Shown: positions 16,345 through 26,319 of the stretch, piece after piece | Layout of the letters: each line of letters opens with the position of its first letter | Numbering within the stretch: the first letter of the stretch is position 1 | Source: Crocinitomicaceae bacterium | GTDB lineage: Bacteria > Bacteroidota > Bacteroidia > Flavobacteriales_G > Salibacteraceae | Assembly: GCA_018623405.1 (NCBI GenBank) | Contig: JAAZVO010000001.1 | Location: 1-32,198, forward strand | Direction: 5' to 3' | Length of the DNA stretch: 32,198 nucleotides | The notes under the pieces: model-generated | What the model was told of the DNA's origin: nothing | The model's database searches: none | What the model saw: the letters and a program-made list of their open reading frames with translations, nothing else | Position numbers and translations under genes: made by a program

Positions 16345-17181
16345 ATGGCAACAATAACCGCCGCTGAGGTTAATAAACTAAGAAAGCAAACTGGCTTAGG
16401 GATGATGGATTGCAAAAAAGCCCTTGTTGAAGCCGAAGGTGATTTCGATAAAGCCATCGAAATTTTAAGAAAAAAAGGACAGAAAGTTGCAGAAAAAAGA
16501 GGCGACAGAGATGCTGCTGAGGGTCATGTTATGGCTATTACAAATGACGCAGGAAACGAAGGAGTTATCCTAGTTTTAAACTCTGAAACCGATTTTGTTG
16601 CAAACAATCAAGATTTTATAGATTTTGCTACCACTATTGCCAATACAGCATTAGCTGCAAAAGCAGATTCAAAAGATGCTGTTAATGGTTTATCTTTAGC
16701 AGATGGCAGAACTATTCAAGAGCACGTTACAGATCAAATCGGAAAAATCGGTGAAAAAATTGAAGTTTCTGAGTACGGATACATTGCTGCTGAAGCTGTT
16801 GTAGCTTACAATCACCCAGGAAATAACATTGCGGCCTTAGTTGGGCTTTCAAAAAATGTTGATGGCGTTGCAGATGCAGGTAAAGATGTTGCCATGCAAA
16901 TTGCTGCTATGGCTCCTGTAGCTATTGATGCCGATGGGGTAGCTCAAGAGGTAAAAGATAAAGAACTTGAAATTGGAAGAGAACAAGCTATTCAAGAAGG
17001 AAAACCAGAGCAAATTGTAGATAAAATTGCCCAAGGTAAATTGAATAAGTTTTTAAAAGAAAACACCTTGTTAACTCAAGACTTTATTAAAGATAACAAA
17101 CAATCTGTTGCAGGTTATTTAAAGTCAATTGATAAAGAACTTACCGTAACAGCTTTTAAGCGAATTTCTATCGCTAAGTAA
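16345..17181 (+). CDS. tsf: Translation elongation factor Ts
   Basis: 278 aa. ITAAEVNKLRKQTGLGMMDCKKAL (UBA-like N-terminus) and ETDFVA. Confidence 0.95.
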   Translation: MATITAAEVNKLRKQTGLGMMDCKKALVEAEGDFDKAIEILRKKGQKVAEKRGDRDAAEGHVMAITNDAGNEGVILVLNSETDFVANNQDFIDFATTIANTALAAKADSKDAVNGLSLADGRTIQEHVTDQIGKIGEKIEVSEYGYIAAEAVVAYNHPGNNIAALVGLSKNVDGVADAGKDVAMQIAAMAPVAIDADGVAQEVKDKELEIGREQAIQEGKPEQIVDKIAQGKLNKFLKENTLLTQDFIKDNKQSVAGYLKSIDKELTVTAFKRISIAK

Positions 17182-17185
17182 TTTG

Positions 17186-17217
17186 AAAGAGAGAAGGTTT
17201 CCTTCTCTCTTTTTTTT
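17186..17217 (+). terminator. Rho-independent terminator after tsf
   Basis: AAAGAGAGAAGG-TTT-CCTTCTCTCTTT followed by a T run. 12-bp perfect stem. Confidence 0.85.
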
Positions 17218-17248
17218 GTCTTAATTTTCGGCCCCAAAATTCTCTCAC

Positions 17249-17956
17249 ATGAAATACAAGCGCGTTCTACTCAAACTTTCAGGCGAAGCCCTTATGGGCG
17301 AAAAGAATTTCGGAATCGACCACGAAAGGCTTTCGCAATATGCAGAAGAAATAAAAGCAGCAAAAGAAACGGGAGTTGAACTGGCAATTGTTATTGGTGG
17401 GGGCAATATTTTTAGGGGAATTCAGCAGGTTGATGGATCAATAGATAGGGTACAAGGAGATTACATGGGCATGCTAGCTACCATGATAAATAGCATGGCC
17501 TTGCAAAGTGCCCTTGAAAACCTTGGCTTATATACCAGATTAATGAGCGCCATTAAAATGGAACAAATAGCCGAGCCATTTATTAGAAGAAGAGCTGTTA
17601 GACACTTAGAAAAGGGTAGAGTAGTGATTTTTGGCGCAGGAACAGGAAATCCATACTTCACAACTGATACTGCAGCATCTTTACGCGCTATAGAAATAGA
17701 GGCTGATATTATTTTAAAAGGTACACGGGTTGATGGTATTTATTCAGCCGATCCTGAAAAAGATGAAAATGCTGAAAAGTATCATACCATTTCATTTGCC
17801 GAAGTTTATGAAAAGGGCCTTAATGTAATGGATATGACAGCTTTTACGCTCTGCAACGAAAACAAGTTGCCTATCATAGTTTTTGATATGAATTCGCCCG
17901 GAAACCTAAAAAAGGTAATAAGTGGTGAACAAGTAGGAACCATAGTTGAGGTTTAA
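17249..17956 (+). CDS. pyrH: UMP kinase
   Basis: 235 aa. [33 protein letters not shown]. Confidence 0.95.
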   Translation: MKYKRVLLKLSGEALMGEKNFGIDHERLSQYAEEIKAAKETGVELAIVIGGGNIFRGIQQVDGSIDRVQGDYMGMLATMINSMALQSALENLGLYTRLMSAIKMEQIAEPFIRRRAVRHLEKGRVVIFGAGTGNPYFTTDTAASLRAIEIEADIILKGTRVDGIYSADPEKDENAEKYHTISFAEVYEKGLNVMDMTAFTLCNENKLPIIVFDMNSPGNLKKVISGEQVGTIVEV

Positions 17957-17996
17957 TTTATTTAAATCGCTTTTTTTGCAGAGCAAAATTTAAGTT

Positions 17997-18560
17997 ATGA
18001 ACGAGGAGCTCAACATGATTTTTGACATGGCTAAAGAAAGCATGCAAGGATCAATTCAGCATTTAGCAAACGAATTATTAAAAATTAGAGCGGGGAAGGC
18101 CTCGCCAGCAATGTTAGATGGCATTTTTGTTGAGTATTATGGCTCAAGTACACCATTAAACCAAGTAGCGAATGTTAATACCCCTGATGCTAGAACACTT
18201 ACAGTTCAGCCGTGGGAAAAAAGTATGTTAGAGCCTATTGAAAAGGCCATAATAAATTCAAATCTAGGGTTGAATCCTCAAAATAACGGAGACATAATCA
18301 TAATTAATATTCCAACGCTTACCGAAGAGCGAAGAAGAACCCTCCTAAAACAAGCTAAGGCAGAAGGAGAAAATGCTAAAGTTGGAATTAGAAATGCTAG
18401 GAAGGATGCCAACGATGAGGTAAAAAGACTTCAAAAAGATGGTCTTCCTGAAGATATGGCTAAAGATGCCGAAGAAGAAGTTCAAAAAATCACCAATTCC
18501 TTTTCTAATAAAGTCGATGAATTAATCGAAAAGAAAGAAAAGGATATTATGACTGTATAA
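17997..18560 (+). CDS. frr: Ribosome recycling factor
   Basis: 187 aa. LKIRAGKASPAMLD, LTEERRR, and KD..DEVKRLQKDG. Confidence 0.95.
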   Translation: MNEELNMIFDMAKESMQGSIQHLANELLKIRAGKASPAMLDGIFVEYYGSSTPLNQVANVNTPDARTLTVQPWEKSMLEPIEKAIINSNLGLNPQNNGDIIIINIPTLTEERRRTLLKQAKAEGENAKVGIRNARKDANDEVKRLQKDGLPEDMAKDAEEEVQKITNSFSNKVDELIEKKEKDIMTV

Positions 18561-18589
18561 AACACTGCCACGCTATGCGTGGTAGTGTT
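18561..18589 (+). terminator. 13-bp hairpin immediately after the frr stop (terminator candidate without a U tract)
   Basis: AACACTGCCACGC-TAT-GCGTGGTAGTGTT, with one G-U pair. It starts 1 nt after the stop. Confidence 0.5.
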
Positions 18590-18751
18590 GGCTAAACCCT
18601 AAAGTAAACTTTTAAACCTCAAAGCCATCTGAAGTTGGGTTTCGCCAAAAAACTTCCCAAGTTAACAGCTTCAAATCTATCGTATAGCTACCATGACCTT
18701 TTACGTAATATGCCCTAAATCAACTACGGTACATTACGTATATTTAAACCC

Positions 18752-19423
18752 ATGAATAACCTCGTAAAACAGGTAGCAAATATTTTTAAGATTAATGGCG
18801 ATGAGGCAAATGCAAAACAGATGTCTCGTTACCTCAAAAATAAATTTGAGTTTTACGGATTAAAGCAAGCCTACAGAGCCGAGCTTCAAAAACCCTTTCT
18901 TACTAAAGAAGTTTTACCACCTTTAAATGATATTACCAATGTTGTTAATGCTTGTTGGGCCCACCCCAAAAGGGAGTTGCAATACTTTGGGTTAGATTTT
19001 TTGGTGAAATACTTAAAGCAAATGACTCCAGACCATCTGCTTTATTTTGAAGGGTTAGTTCAAGAAAAATCATGGTGGGATACGGTAGATTACATTAGCA
19101 CCCGATTATCAGGAGAATTATTGAAAAGGTTTCCTGAAAATATTGAGCATTTTGGAGAACGTTGGATTAACCATGAAAACCTTTGGGTAAATAGAATGGG
19201 AATCCTATTTCAATTAAAGTATAAAGAAAATACCAACGAAGCGCTTCTTTTTAAAGGTTGCCTTATGCATGCTAATTCAAAAGAGTTTTTTATTCAAAAA
19301 GTAATTGGGTGGACCTTAAGAGAATATGGAAAAACCAAACCAAATATTGTTGAGCAATTTATTGAAAATAACGATTTTGCACCGCTTTCTGTAAGAGAAG
19401 GTTTGAGGATAATTAGAAAATAA
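18752..19423 (+). CDS. DNA alkylation repair protein (AlkD/AlkC-like HEAT-repeat family)
   Basis: 223 aa. MSRYLKNKFEFYGLK and IGWTLREYGKTKP are typical of the family. Confidence 0.8.
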   Translation: MNNLVKQVANIFKINGDEANAKQMSRYLKNKFEFYGLKQAYRAELQKPFLTKEVLPPLNDITNVVNACWAHPKRELQYFGLDFLVKYLKQMTPDHLLYFEGLVQEKSWWDTVDYISTRLSGELLKRFPENIEHFGERWINHENLWVNRMGILFQLKYKENTNEALLFKGCLMHANSKEFFIQKVIGWTLREYGKTKPNIVEQFIENNDFAPLSVREGLRIIRK

Positions 19424-19424
19424 G

Positions 19425-20093
19425 ATGAAGAAATTTTTAGTTTTTTTTATTGGGATATGGGCTTTTTCATGCGCCCCCTCCCGATTTGTTGAACCATTGG
19501 AAAAAGGCCAACACGCTGTAGCGTTAGACTTGGGTGGGCAATTAATTGAGTTTGGTGGTTTAATAATTCCAACACCTATGAGTAGCATTAGCTATGGTTA
19601 TGGTTTAGACTCTACTAAAACTCTTTATGGAGGTTTACACACTACCTCCTTACTTTTTGGAAACCTACACCTCGATGCAGGCGCAACCTTTAAGCTACTA
19701 AACCAAACGGGTATTCAACCCAATCTAAGTGTTTCGCCTGCAATTACTTTTATTTCAAGGCCAGGTGCAGATGCTACTAACTTTTGGCCTCGTTTAGATG
19801 TGAATGCTTATTGGAATTATGGAAAAAGGAACAATTATTTTTATGCAGGGGCTACCAACTGGTTTGAGCCTCAAGCAAACAGGGCTTATGGAGAGGCAAC
19901 TTTAAAGCGGTTTTTATTTAACCCTCAAATTGGACATGCCGCCAAGTTTGGAACATGGCAATTACAAACTGAGCTTAAATTTTTGGCTCCGGGAGAGGAT
20001 AATTCATTTGTATTTGTTCCTTATCGCAGTGTATTTGGCAATAACGGAGCCACTGGCCTATACATTAACCTGATTAAAACCTTCGGAAAATGA
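19425..20093 (+). CDS. Hypothetical lipoprotein (beta-rich, unknown function)
   Basis: Signal peptide with a lipobox-like WAFSC. No recognisable catalytic motif. ATGA overlap with the next gene. Confidence 0.5.
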   Translation: MKKFLVFFIGIWAFSCAPSRFVEPLEKGQHAVALDLGGQLIEFGGLIIPTPMSSISYGYGLDSTKTLYGGLHTTSLLFGNLHLDAGATFKLLNQTGIQPNLSVSPAITFISRPGADATNFWPRLDVNAYWNYGKRNNYFYAGATNWFEPQANRAYGEATLKRFLFNPQIGHAAKFGTWQLQTELKFLAPGEDNSFVFVPYRSVFGNNGATGLYINLIKTFGK

Positions 20094-21013
20094 GAAAAGA
20101 AAAATTAAAGTTTTTAGTTTTTAGTTTGATGGTTTTTGGCTTATCAATAGCTTTTCAAGGATGTGCCAGGTTAGATGATGTTCCTTTCATCAACGAAACT
20201 TTAGAAGAATACAAGTTTGATGAATATGAAGAAGATCCGGAATTTCCGTTGCCTGATGGGATGTATGATGTTGATATGAGTATGGTAACTGAATTAACCT
20301 TACAATCACAAGGAGAAGATGAATCTGAAGCCACCAATATTGCTGCAATCTATGTAGGAGATGTTACCACCATTAACCAAGATAGTATTATAGTTTATTG
20401 CCATGGGCAAAGCCTTCATATGGATGTTTATTGGCCGCGAGTAAAATTATTAGCCCATTGTGGTGGCAAACATCGTTATGGGGTTTTGGAGATGGATTAT
20501 AGAGGCTATGGTAAATCAGAAGGTACTCCAACCGAGCAAGGAATGATTGAAGATGTAAAGGCTTGCCTAAGATGGTTACAAAGTCAAGGAGCAAATAATA
20601 ACAGGGTTTTTATTTATGGTTTTAGTCTTGGTACGGCCCCTTCTACCTATACAGCTGCAAATTTTGATGAGTTTAAGCCTAGAAAACTGATTTTAGAAGC
20701 TCCGTTTGCATCTGCCCAAAACCTGGGTCAAGAATCTACGCTCATAAATTTCAACACTAAATACATTACTGATATTTCTTTTGCCAATGCAGAGGAAATA
20801 AAAAAGGTTAATCAACCGTTTTGCTTATTGCATGGCGAGGAGGATGATTATTTAAAAATCTCAAATGGTGAAATAATTTATAAGAATTACAATGGCCCAT
20901 ATAGCGAGTTTCATAGAATTCCAGGAGCAGACCATGGCGGCGAAATGGGTATTCCGCCTGCTATGGGGTTTGAAGAATACCTCAATACAATTCATAACTT
21001 TTTAAGCAATTAA
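20090..21013 (+). CDS. Alpha/beta-fold hydrolase lipoprotein
   Basis: Lipobox AFQGC, nucleophile elbow GFSLGT, and a late ..GADHG.. His. Confidence 0.8.
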   Translation: MRKEKLKFLVFSLMVFGLSIAFQGCARLDDVPFINETLEEYKFDEYEEDPEFPLPDGMYDVDMSMVTELTLQSQGEDESEATNIAAIYVGDVTTINQDSIIVYCHGQSLHMDVYWPRVKLLAHCGGKHRYGVLEMDYRGYGKSEGTPTEQGMIEDVKACLRWLQSQGANNNRVFIYGFSLGTAPSTYTAANFDEFKPRKLILEAPFASAQNLGQESTLINFNTKYITDISFANAEEIKKVNQPFCLLHGEEDDYLKISNGEIIYKNYNGPYSEFHRIPGADHGGEMGIPPAMGFEEYLNTIHNFLSN

Positions 21014-21015
21014 GC

Positions 21016-22527
21016 TTGAATATATACCAACGTAAATTGATGTGGAAAAGGGTACTTTTTGTATTGGCCCTTTTAATTGTATTAAGTTCGTTATGGTATT
21101 CTAGCATTATTGTAAATCGTATTTCTAAAGAAGAGCGCACCAAAGTTCAGCTTTGGGCAGAAGCAATTCAAAAAAAGGCCAACTTGGTAAATTATACCGA
21201 TAAGCTTTTCGATAAGTTAAGAAATGAAGAGCGCAAGAAGGTAGAGTTGTATGTTGAAGCAATAAAGCGTTTAACCAACCCCGACCCAAACTTTAATCCC
21301 GACTATCTTTTTTTAAGCAAAGTGGTTACCAACAATACCACTGTGCCTGTTATTTTGGTAGATGAAGAAAAAAACATTAAAACCACTCGAAATCTCGACT
21401 CTCTGATATCATCAAACGAAGATTCATTATTAAAACAGTTGGTAATAATGGCTTCTAAATACGAGCCAATTGAGATAAACTATTTCGGAAATCAAAAAGA
21501 CTTTGTTTATTATAAAGATTCCCAACTTTTTTCTGAACTCCAAAAGGTATTTAAAGACCTTGAACAAAGTTTTATTAGTGAAGTAGTAAGCAATGCGGTT
21601 TCTGTTCCGGTAATTTATACAGACTCATCAAGAACTAGAATTTTGGCTCATGGAAACTTAGAAAACAGAAAAGTTGATGAATCTACCATGGAAGAAATAA
21701 TCATGGATATGAGTCAAGAAAACCCTCCAATTGAAATAGAACTTACTGAAGGACACTACAATTATATTTTTTACCAAGATTCTTGGATTTTAACACAACT
21801 AAAGTACTATCCAATTATTCAGTTTGGCGTAATTGGTGTTTTTATGCTTATTGCCTACTTTTTATTTAGCAACTCCAGAAGGGCAGAACAAAACCAAGTA
21901 TGGGTGGGTATGGCTAAAGAAACAGCTCACCAATTGGGTACACCATTATCATCATTAATGGCTTGGGTAGAGTTAATGAAGGCCAAAAACAGTGATCCTA
22001 AAATGGTTGAAGAATTAGAAAAAGATGTTGCCAGATTAGGAACGATAACAGACAGGTTCTCAAAAATTGGGTCGGCCCCGGTACTTACTCAACAAAACAT
22101 GGTTGAAGTAATTAAACATGCAATTAGATACATTAGATCTCGATCATCTCAGAAGGTTAAATTCACCATTCAACATGCTTCAACTGAAGATTATTTGGCG
22201 CGTGTAAATATTCCATTATTTGAATGGGTAATAGAAAACCTATGCAAAAATGCCATAGATGCTATGGAAGGGGAGGGCAGCCTTACCATTTCTATTGGAG
22301 AAATAGGAAATCAAATTTTTATTGATGTTGAAGATACAGGTAAAGGAATTTCACAATCACAGAAAAAAACTGTTTTTCAACCCGGTTTTACCACCAAAAA
22401 GAGAGGTTGGGGACTAGGTTTATCGCTTTCTAAAAGAATTATTGAATCTTACCACCAAGGAAAAATATGGGTTAAAGCTACCAAACTTGGAGCAGGAACC
22501 ACGTTTAGGATTTTACTAAATAAGTAA
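21016..22527 (+). CDS. Membrane sensor histidine kinase (no adjacent response regulator)
   Basis: 503 aa with two TM segments flanking a roughly 230-aa extracytoplasmic region. H-box ETAHQLGTPLSSL, N-box NLCKNAIDAM, G1 DTGKGI, G2 GWGLGLS. The start is TTG at 21016 or ATG at 21040. Confidence 0.85.
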   Translation: MNIYQRKLMWKRVLFVLALLIVLSSLWYSSIIVNRISKEERTKVQLWAEAIQKKANLVNYTDKLFDKLRNEERKKVELYVEAIKRLTNPDPNFNPDYLFLSKVVTNNTTVPVILVDEEKNIKTTRNLDSLISSNEDSLLKQLVIMASKYEPIEINYFGNQKDFVYYKDSQLFSELQKVFKDLEQSFISEVVSNAVSVPVIYTDSSRTRILAHGNLENRKVDESTMEEIIMDMSQENPPIEIELTEGHYNYIFYQDSWILTQLKYYPIIQFGVIGVFMLIAYFLFSNSRRAEQNQVWVGMAKETAHQLGTPLSSLMAWVELMKAKNSDPKMVEELEKDVARLGTITDRFSKIGSAPVLTQQNMVEVIKHAIRYIRSRSSQKVKFTIQHASTEDYLARVNIPLFEWVIENLCKNAIDAMEGEGSLTISIGEIGNQIFIDVEDTGKGISQSQKKTVFQPGFTTKKRGWGLGLSLSKRIIESYHQGKIWVKATKLGAGTTFRILLNK

Positions 22528-23651
22528 TGGCAGGAATTTACCTCCATATTCCTTTTTGCCAAAAAGCATGTATTTATTGCGATTTTCACTTTTCAACTTT
22601 ACTAAAAAAAAAGGAAGCAATTACAGAGGCTATAGTAAAAGAACTAAAGCTTAGAAGAGCTTATCTTGAAAATAAGCCTGTAGAAACTATATATTTTGGA
22701 GGTGGAACGCCAACCTTGTTAAAGCACTCCCAATTCGAAAGAATTTTTGATGAAATTTTCAAAGAGTTTAAGGTGGTTGAGTTTCCTGAAATAACTGTTG
22801 AGGCAAACCCTGATGATATCACTGCAGATAAGTTGAATAGTTTAAAAAGTTTTGGAGTAAACAGGTTAAGTATTGGAGTTCAATCTTTTTTTGATGAGCA
22901 CTTAAAATTCTTTAATCGCTCTCATAACTCAAATCAAGCTTTTAATGCAGTAAAAACGGCTCAAAACCTTGGAATTGATAACATTACCCTAGATTTAATT
23001 TACGGTTTTCCACAACTAACAGAAAATCAGCTAGAAGAAAACTTAAATAAGATTGATAGTTTACAAGTTCCACATGTTTCAACTTATTCGCTAACTGTTG
23101 AGCCTAAGACTGCCTTGCATCATCTAATTAGCAAAGGCAAAGCTCCAAACTTAGATGATGAAGTTGCGGCAAAGCATTTTGAACTCGTAAGGAATTTCTT
23201 AAAAACCAAAGGGTTTCATCATTACGAAATATCAAATTTCGGAAAGCCACAGTTTTACTCCAACCACAACAGTAATTATTGGTTGGGAAAACCATATTTA
23301 GGAGTTGGTCCATCGGCACATTCTTATAACCTTAACACCCGAAGTTGGAATGTTGCTAACAACAGTAGTTACCTAAAGCAACTAGCTGCAAATAAATTAC
23401 CTCATCAAGAAGAAACCCTTAGCACAAAAGACAAATTCAATGAGTTTATTTTAACAGGCCTCAGAACCAAATGGGGAATCACTTTTGAAGGACTTCAAAA
23501 ATTCCCTCAACAAATGGCAGAGGCCTTTCAAAGAGAATTAAATCCATTACTAAGTAAGTCGGTTTTACTCAAGAAAGAAAAAGGTTACGTTTTAAATGAT
23601 GAATATTGGTTTAAGGCAGACGGCATCGCAGCAGAACTTTTTCAAGTTTAA
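22527..23651 (+). CDS. hemW: Radical SAM heme chaperone HemW (coproporphyrinogen III oxidase-like)
   Basis: 374 aa. LYLHIPFCQKACIYCDF (CxxxCxxC) and a HemN_C-like C-terminus. Confidence 0.9.
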   Translation: MAGIYLHIPFCQKACIYCDFHFSTLLKKKEAITEAIVKELKLRRAYLENKPVETIYFGGGTPTLLKHSQFERIFDEIFKEFKVVEFPEITVEANPDDITADKLNSLKSFGVNRLSIGVQSFFDEHLKFFNRSHNSNQAFNAVKTAQNLGIDNITLDLIYGFPQLTENQLEENLNKIDSLQVPHVSTYSLTVEPKTALHHLISKGKAPNLDDEVAAKHFELVRNFLKTKGFHHYEISNFGKPQFYSNHNSNYWLGKPYLGVGPSAHSYNLNTRSWNVANNSSYLKQLAANKLPHQEETLSTKDKFNEFILTGLRTKWGITFEGLQKFPQQMAEAFQRELNPLLSKSVLLKKEKGYVLNDEYWFKADGIAAELFQV

Positions 23652-23678
23652 GCCAATGCAATAATGTAATTTTATGGC

Positions 23679-24425
23679 ATGATATCAACCCTTCAAGTTT
23701 TTAATTCAACCTATCAAGTAAACCTATCAAAGCCTTTAGATATTTCAATTCCCATTGGATCTAAAAAAAAGTGGGTAAAAGCATGGTATGTTAATGATGC
23801 TACCATAAAACCGGTAGAGGGAGATGGTTTTATTGGAGCTGTTGCCTTAGGTGGTAGTGTAAATTTTAGGGATATTTGTTTTAACCCTCACGGTAATGGA
23901 ACGCATACCGAATGTGTTGGCCACATTACAGAAAAAGTACATTCTGTAAATCAAAACTTAAAGCAGTTTTTCTTTCCTGCACAAGTAATAAGTGTTGCTC
24001 CTCAACCTATAGGAAACGATTTAGTAATCACAAGAGGACAAATTGAATCAGCTCAGTTAATTAATGGTATTGAAGCAATTGTGATTAGAACTTTACCGAA
24101 TGGTATCCCAAATAAAGATCTTTCAAATACAAACCCTCCCTTTTTAGATGTTGAGGCAACCAAGTTATTGGTAGATTGGGGTATTAAGCATTTGCTTATT
24201 GATCAGCCCTCAGTAGATAAAGAAGTTGATGGAGGTGCGCTTGCCTCACACCATGCTTTTTGGAATACAAAAGGCAACATTAGGTACGATGCTACCATAA
24301 CAGAGTTTATTTATGTTGATGATAGTATTTTGGATGGCCTATATCTTTTAAACCTTCAGGTGGCAGCTTTCGAAAATGATGCTTCCCCAAGTAGACCTGT
24401 ACTTTTTGAATTGCAAAAAGCATGA
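23679..24425 (+). CDS. Cyclase-family protein (kynurenine formamidase-like fold)
   Basis: 248 aa. HGNGTHTECVGH resembles the HxGTHxDxPxH metal motif, and IDQPSVD resembles the second motif. Confidence 0.7.
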   Translation: MISTLQVFNSTYQVNLSKPLDISIPIGSKKKWVKAWYVNDATIKPVEGDGFIGAVALGGSVNFRDICFNPHGNGTHTECVGHITEKVHSVNQNLKQFFFPAQVISVAPQPIGNDLVITRGQIESAQLINGIEAIVIRTLPNGIPNKDLSNTNPPFLDVEATKLLVDWGIKHLLIDQPSVDKEVDGGALASHHAFWNTKGNIRYDATITEFIYVDDSILDGLYLLNLQVAAFENDASPSRPVLFELQKA

Positions 24426-24772
24426 ATATAGAAGAGTTTAGGGCATATTGTTTATCTAAAAATGGTGTTACTGAAGAAACACCATTTGGGCCTGACACTT
24501 TGGTTTTAAAGGTTTCAGGTAAAATGTTTGCAGCTGCCGGAATAGAGTTGTTTGAGCGATTTAATGTTAAGTGTGACCCTATTGTTGCCATGGAGCTTAG
24601 AGAAAAATTTGATGCCGTAGAGCCGGGTTGGCACATGAATAAAACACATTGGAATACTATTTATGTAAACCGCGATTTGGGAGATAAACAATTAAAGCAT
24701 TGGATAAATCACTCATACGATTTAGTAGTATCTAAGCTCCCAAAATCAAAACGCGACCAATTAAAAAAATGA
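24422..24772 (+). CDS. MmcQ/YjbR-family protein
   Basis: 116 aa. EEFRAYCLSKNGVTEETPFGPDTLVLKVSGKMFA is typical of the family. Confidence 0.75.
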   Translation: MNIEEFRAYCLSKNGVTEETPFGPDTLVLKVSGKMFAAAGIELFERFNVKCDPIVAMELREKFDAVEPGWHMNKTHWNTIYVNRDLGDKQLKHWINHSYDLVVSKLPKSKRDQLKK

Positions 24773-25368
24773 AAAATACCATTAGTTTAATCTTGAAAGG
24801 TTTAGCGAGCTACTTTATTCAAGGCTTACTATTTGTTGTGCCAATAGCAGGAACCATTTTACTTATCCTATATCTGTTTTCTTTTTTAGATGGCATTATT
24901 CAATTCGAATATCCAGGTCTAGGTATATTAATATTAGTTTCAGGACTCACCTTTGTTGGTTTTTTAGCCAATACAATTATTGCCAAACCCATAATTAACT
25001 ATTTCGAAAAGCTTATAAATAGAGCGCCTTTGCTAAAATTAATTTATACAGCTTTAGCCGATTTAGTTGGGGCATTTGTAGGAAAAAAGAAATCATTTAA
25101 CCAACCGGTTTTGGTTAAAATTAGCGATGAACAAGAGATTGAAAAACCTGGTTTTGTTACAAGTGAAGATTTAGAAAAGGTTGGAATTGAAGGTGATAAA
25201 GTGGCAGTTTATTGTCCTCATTCTTATGCCTTTTCAGGATACGTAATTATTGTGCCGTCAAAAAACATTACTCCGGTAAATGTAAAAGCTGCAGATTTTA
25301 TGAAGTTTATTGTTTCAGGTGGAGTTACCAAAATGGAGAAGAAAACTGAAAAACCTTCCAATGAATAG
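24769..25368 (+). CDS. DUF502-domain membrane protein
   Basis: 199 aa with two N-terminal TM helices and a conserved ..PLLKLIY.. region. Confidence 0.7.
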   Translation: MKNTISLILKGLASYFIQGLLFVVPIAGTILLILYLFSFLDGIIQFEYPGLGILILVSGLTFVGFLANTIIAKPIINYFEKLINRAPLLKLIYTALADLVGAFVGKKKSFNQPVLVKISDEQEIEKPGFVTSEDLEKVGIEGDKVAVYCPHSYAFSGYVIIVPSKNITPVNVKAADFMKFIVSGGVTKMEKKTEKPSNE

Positions 25369-26257
25369 CTTTATTGATAAGTACAAAAATCATTTGCTAT
25401 TGCACTTTATTGTGCTTATTTGGGGGTTTACCGGAATTTTAGGAAAGGTAATTACCCTAAACTCATCTGCATTGGTTTGGTACAGAATGCTAATTGCTTT
25501 TTGCGGTATTGGCATTTACATTGCTTTTTCAAGTATCAAGTTTACTTTCTCATTTAAGAAAACCCTAAAATACATTGTAGTGGGTTTTGTGGTTGCCGGG
25601 CATTGGGTGTTTTTTTTTGAGGCTGTTAAGGTTTCAAACGTTTCGGTAACCTTAGCATGTTTAAGCTCTACCACTTTATTTGTATCGTTTATTGAGCCGC
25701 TTTTCTACAAAAGAAAAATTATTCCCTACGAGGTTTTTTTAGGTGCATTGGTAATTATTGGGTTAACCCTAATTTTCAATTTTGAACCTGAGTACAGACT
25801 AGGAATAATATATGCTTTGATAGCAGCATTTTTAGCTGCTACATTCGGAACATTAAATGGCGTATTGGTAAAAAACGACAGGCCTCGAATTATTTCATTT
25901 TACGAAATGCTAGGAGGTGTTTTGGGTATTTCGGTTTATTTACTAATAACCGGAGGAATACACACCGTGTTTGAATTCCCTCAGGGCTTAGACCTATTGT
26001 ATCTCTTAATTTTAGGGTTGATATGTACTGCTTTTGCTTTTGTGGTAAGTGTTGAGGTATTAAAATATTTGTCGCCCTATACAGTTAGTATTTCCATAAA
26101 CATGGAGCCAATTTATGCAATTATTTTGGCTCTAATTTTCTTTGGAGATGATGAGAAAATGGGATTAGGCTTTTATTCAGGAGCATTAATTATTTTATCT
26201 ACCATTTTTGCCAATGCATGGTTAAAGGCAAGAAAAAGGAAGCTTGAAAAAGCATAA
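25361..26257 (+). CDS. EamA/DMT-superfamily transporter
   Basis: About 298 aa and 10 TM helices in two EamA repeats. I prefer the ATG at 25361 (8-nt overlap with the DUF502 stop) over the tracked start at 25310. Confidence 0.85.
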   Translation: MNSFIDKYKNHLLLHFIVLIWGFTGILGKVITLNSSALVWYRMLIAFCGIGIYIAFSSIKFTFSFKKTLKYIVVGFVVAGHWVFFFEAVKVSNVSVTLACLSSTTLFVSFIEPLFYKRKIIPYEVFLGALVIIGLTLIFNFEPEYRLGIIYALIAAFLAATFGTLNGVLVKNDRPRIISFYEMLGGVLGISVYLLITGGIHTVFEFPQGLDLLYLLILGLICTAFAFVVSVEVLKYLSPYTVSISINMEPIYAIILALIFFGDDEKMGLGFYSGALIILSTIFANAWLKARKRKLEKA

Positions 26258-26297
26258 CCAACCATCAAAAATTTAGGGTTAAAAACCTATTGGCCTT

Positions 26298-26305
26298 TAT
26301 ATTTG
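26298..26305 (+). promoter_or_regulatory. Candidate -7 promoter box for pepC and the downstream sulfotransferase cassette
   Basis: TATATTTG matches TAnnTTTG, 14 nt upstream of the ATG at 26320. It lies inside the tracked TTG-start extension, which argues against that extension. Confidence 0.4.
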
Positions 26306-26319
26306 AGCAAACTAATTTT

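Noticed and set aside
21016-22527. Histidine kinase without an adjacent response regulator, considered as a possible novel signalling system.
   Set aside because: Orphan kinases are common in Bacteroidota. All catalytic boxes are ordinary, and the neighbours (alpha/beta hydrolase, hemW) give no functional link. Nothing in the sequence sets it apart.
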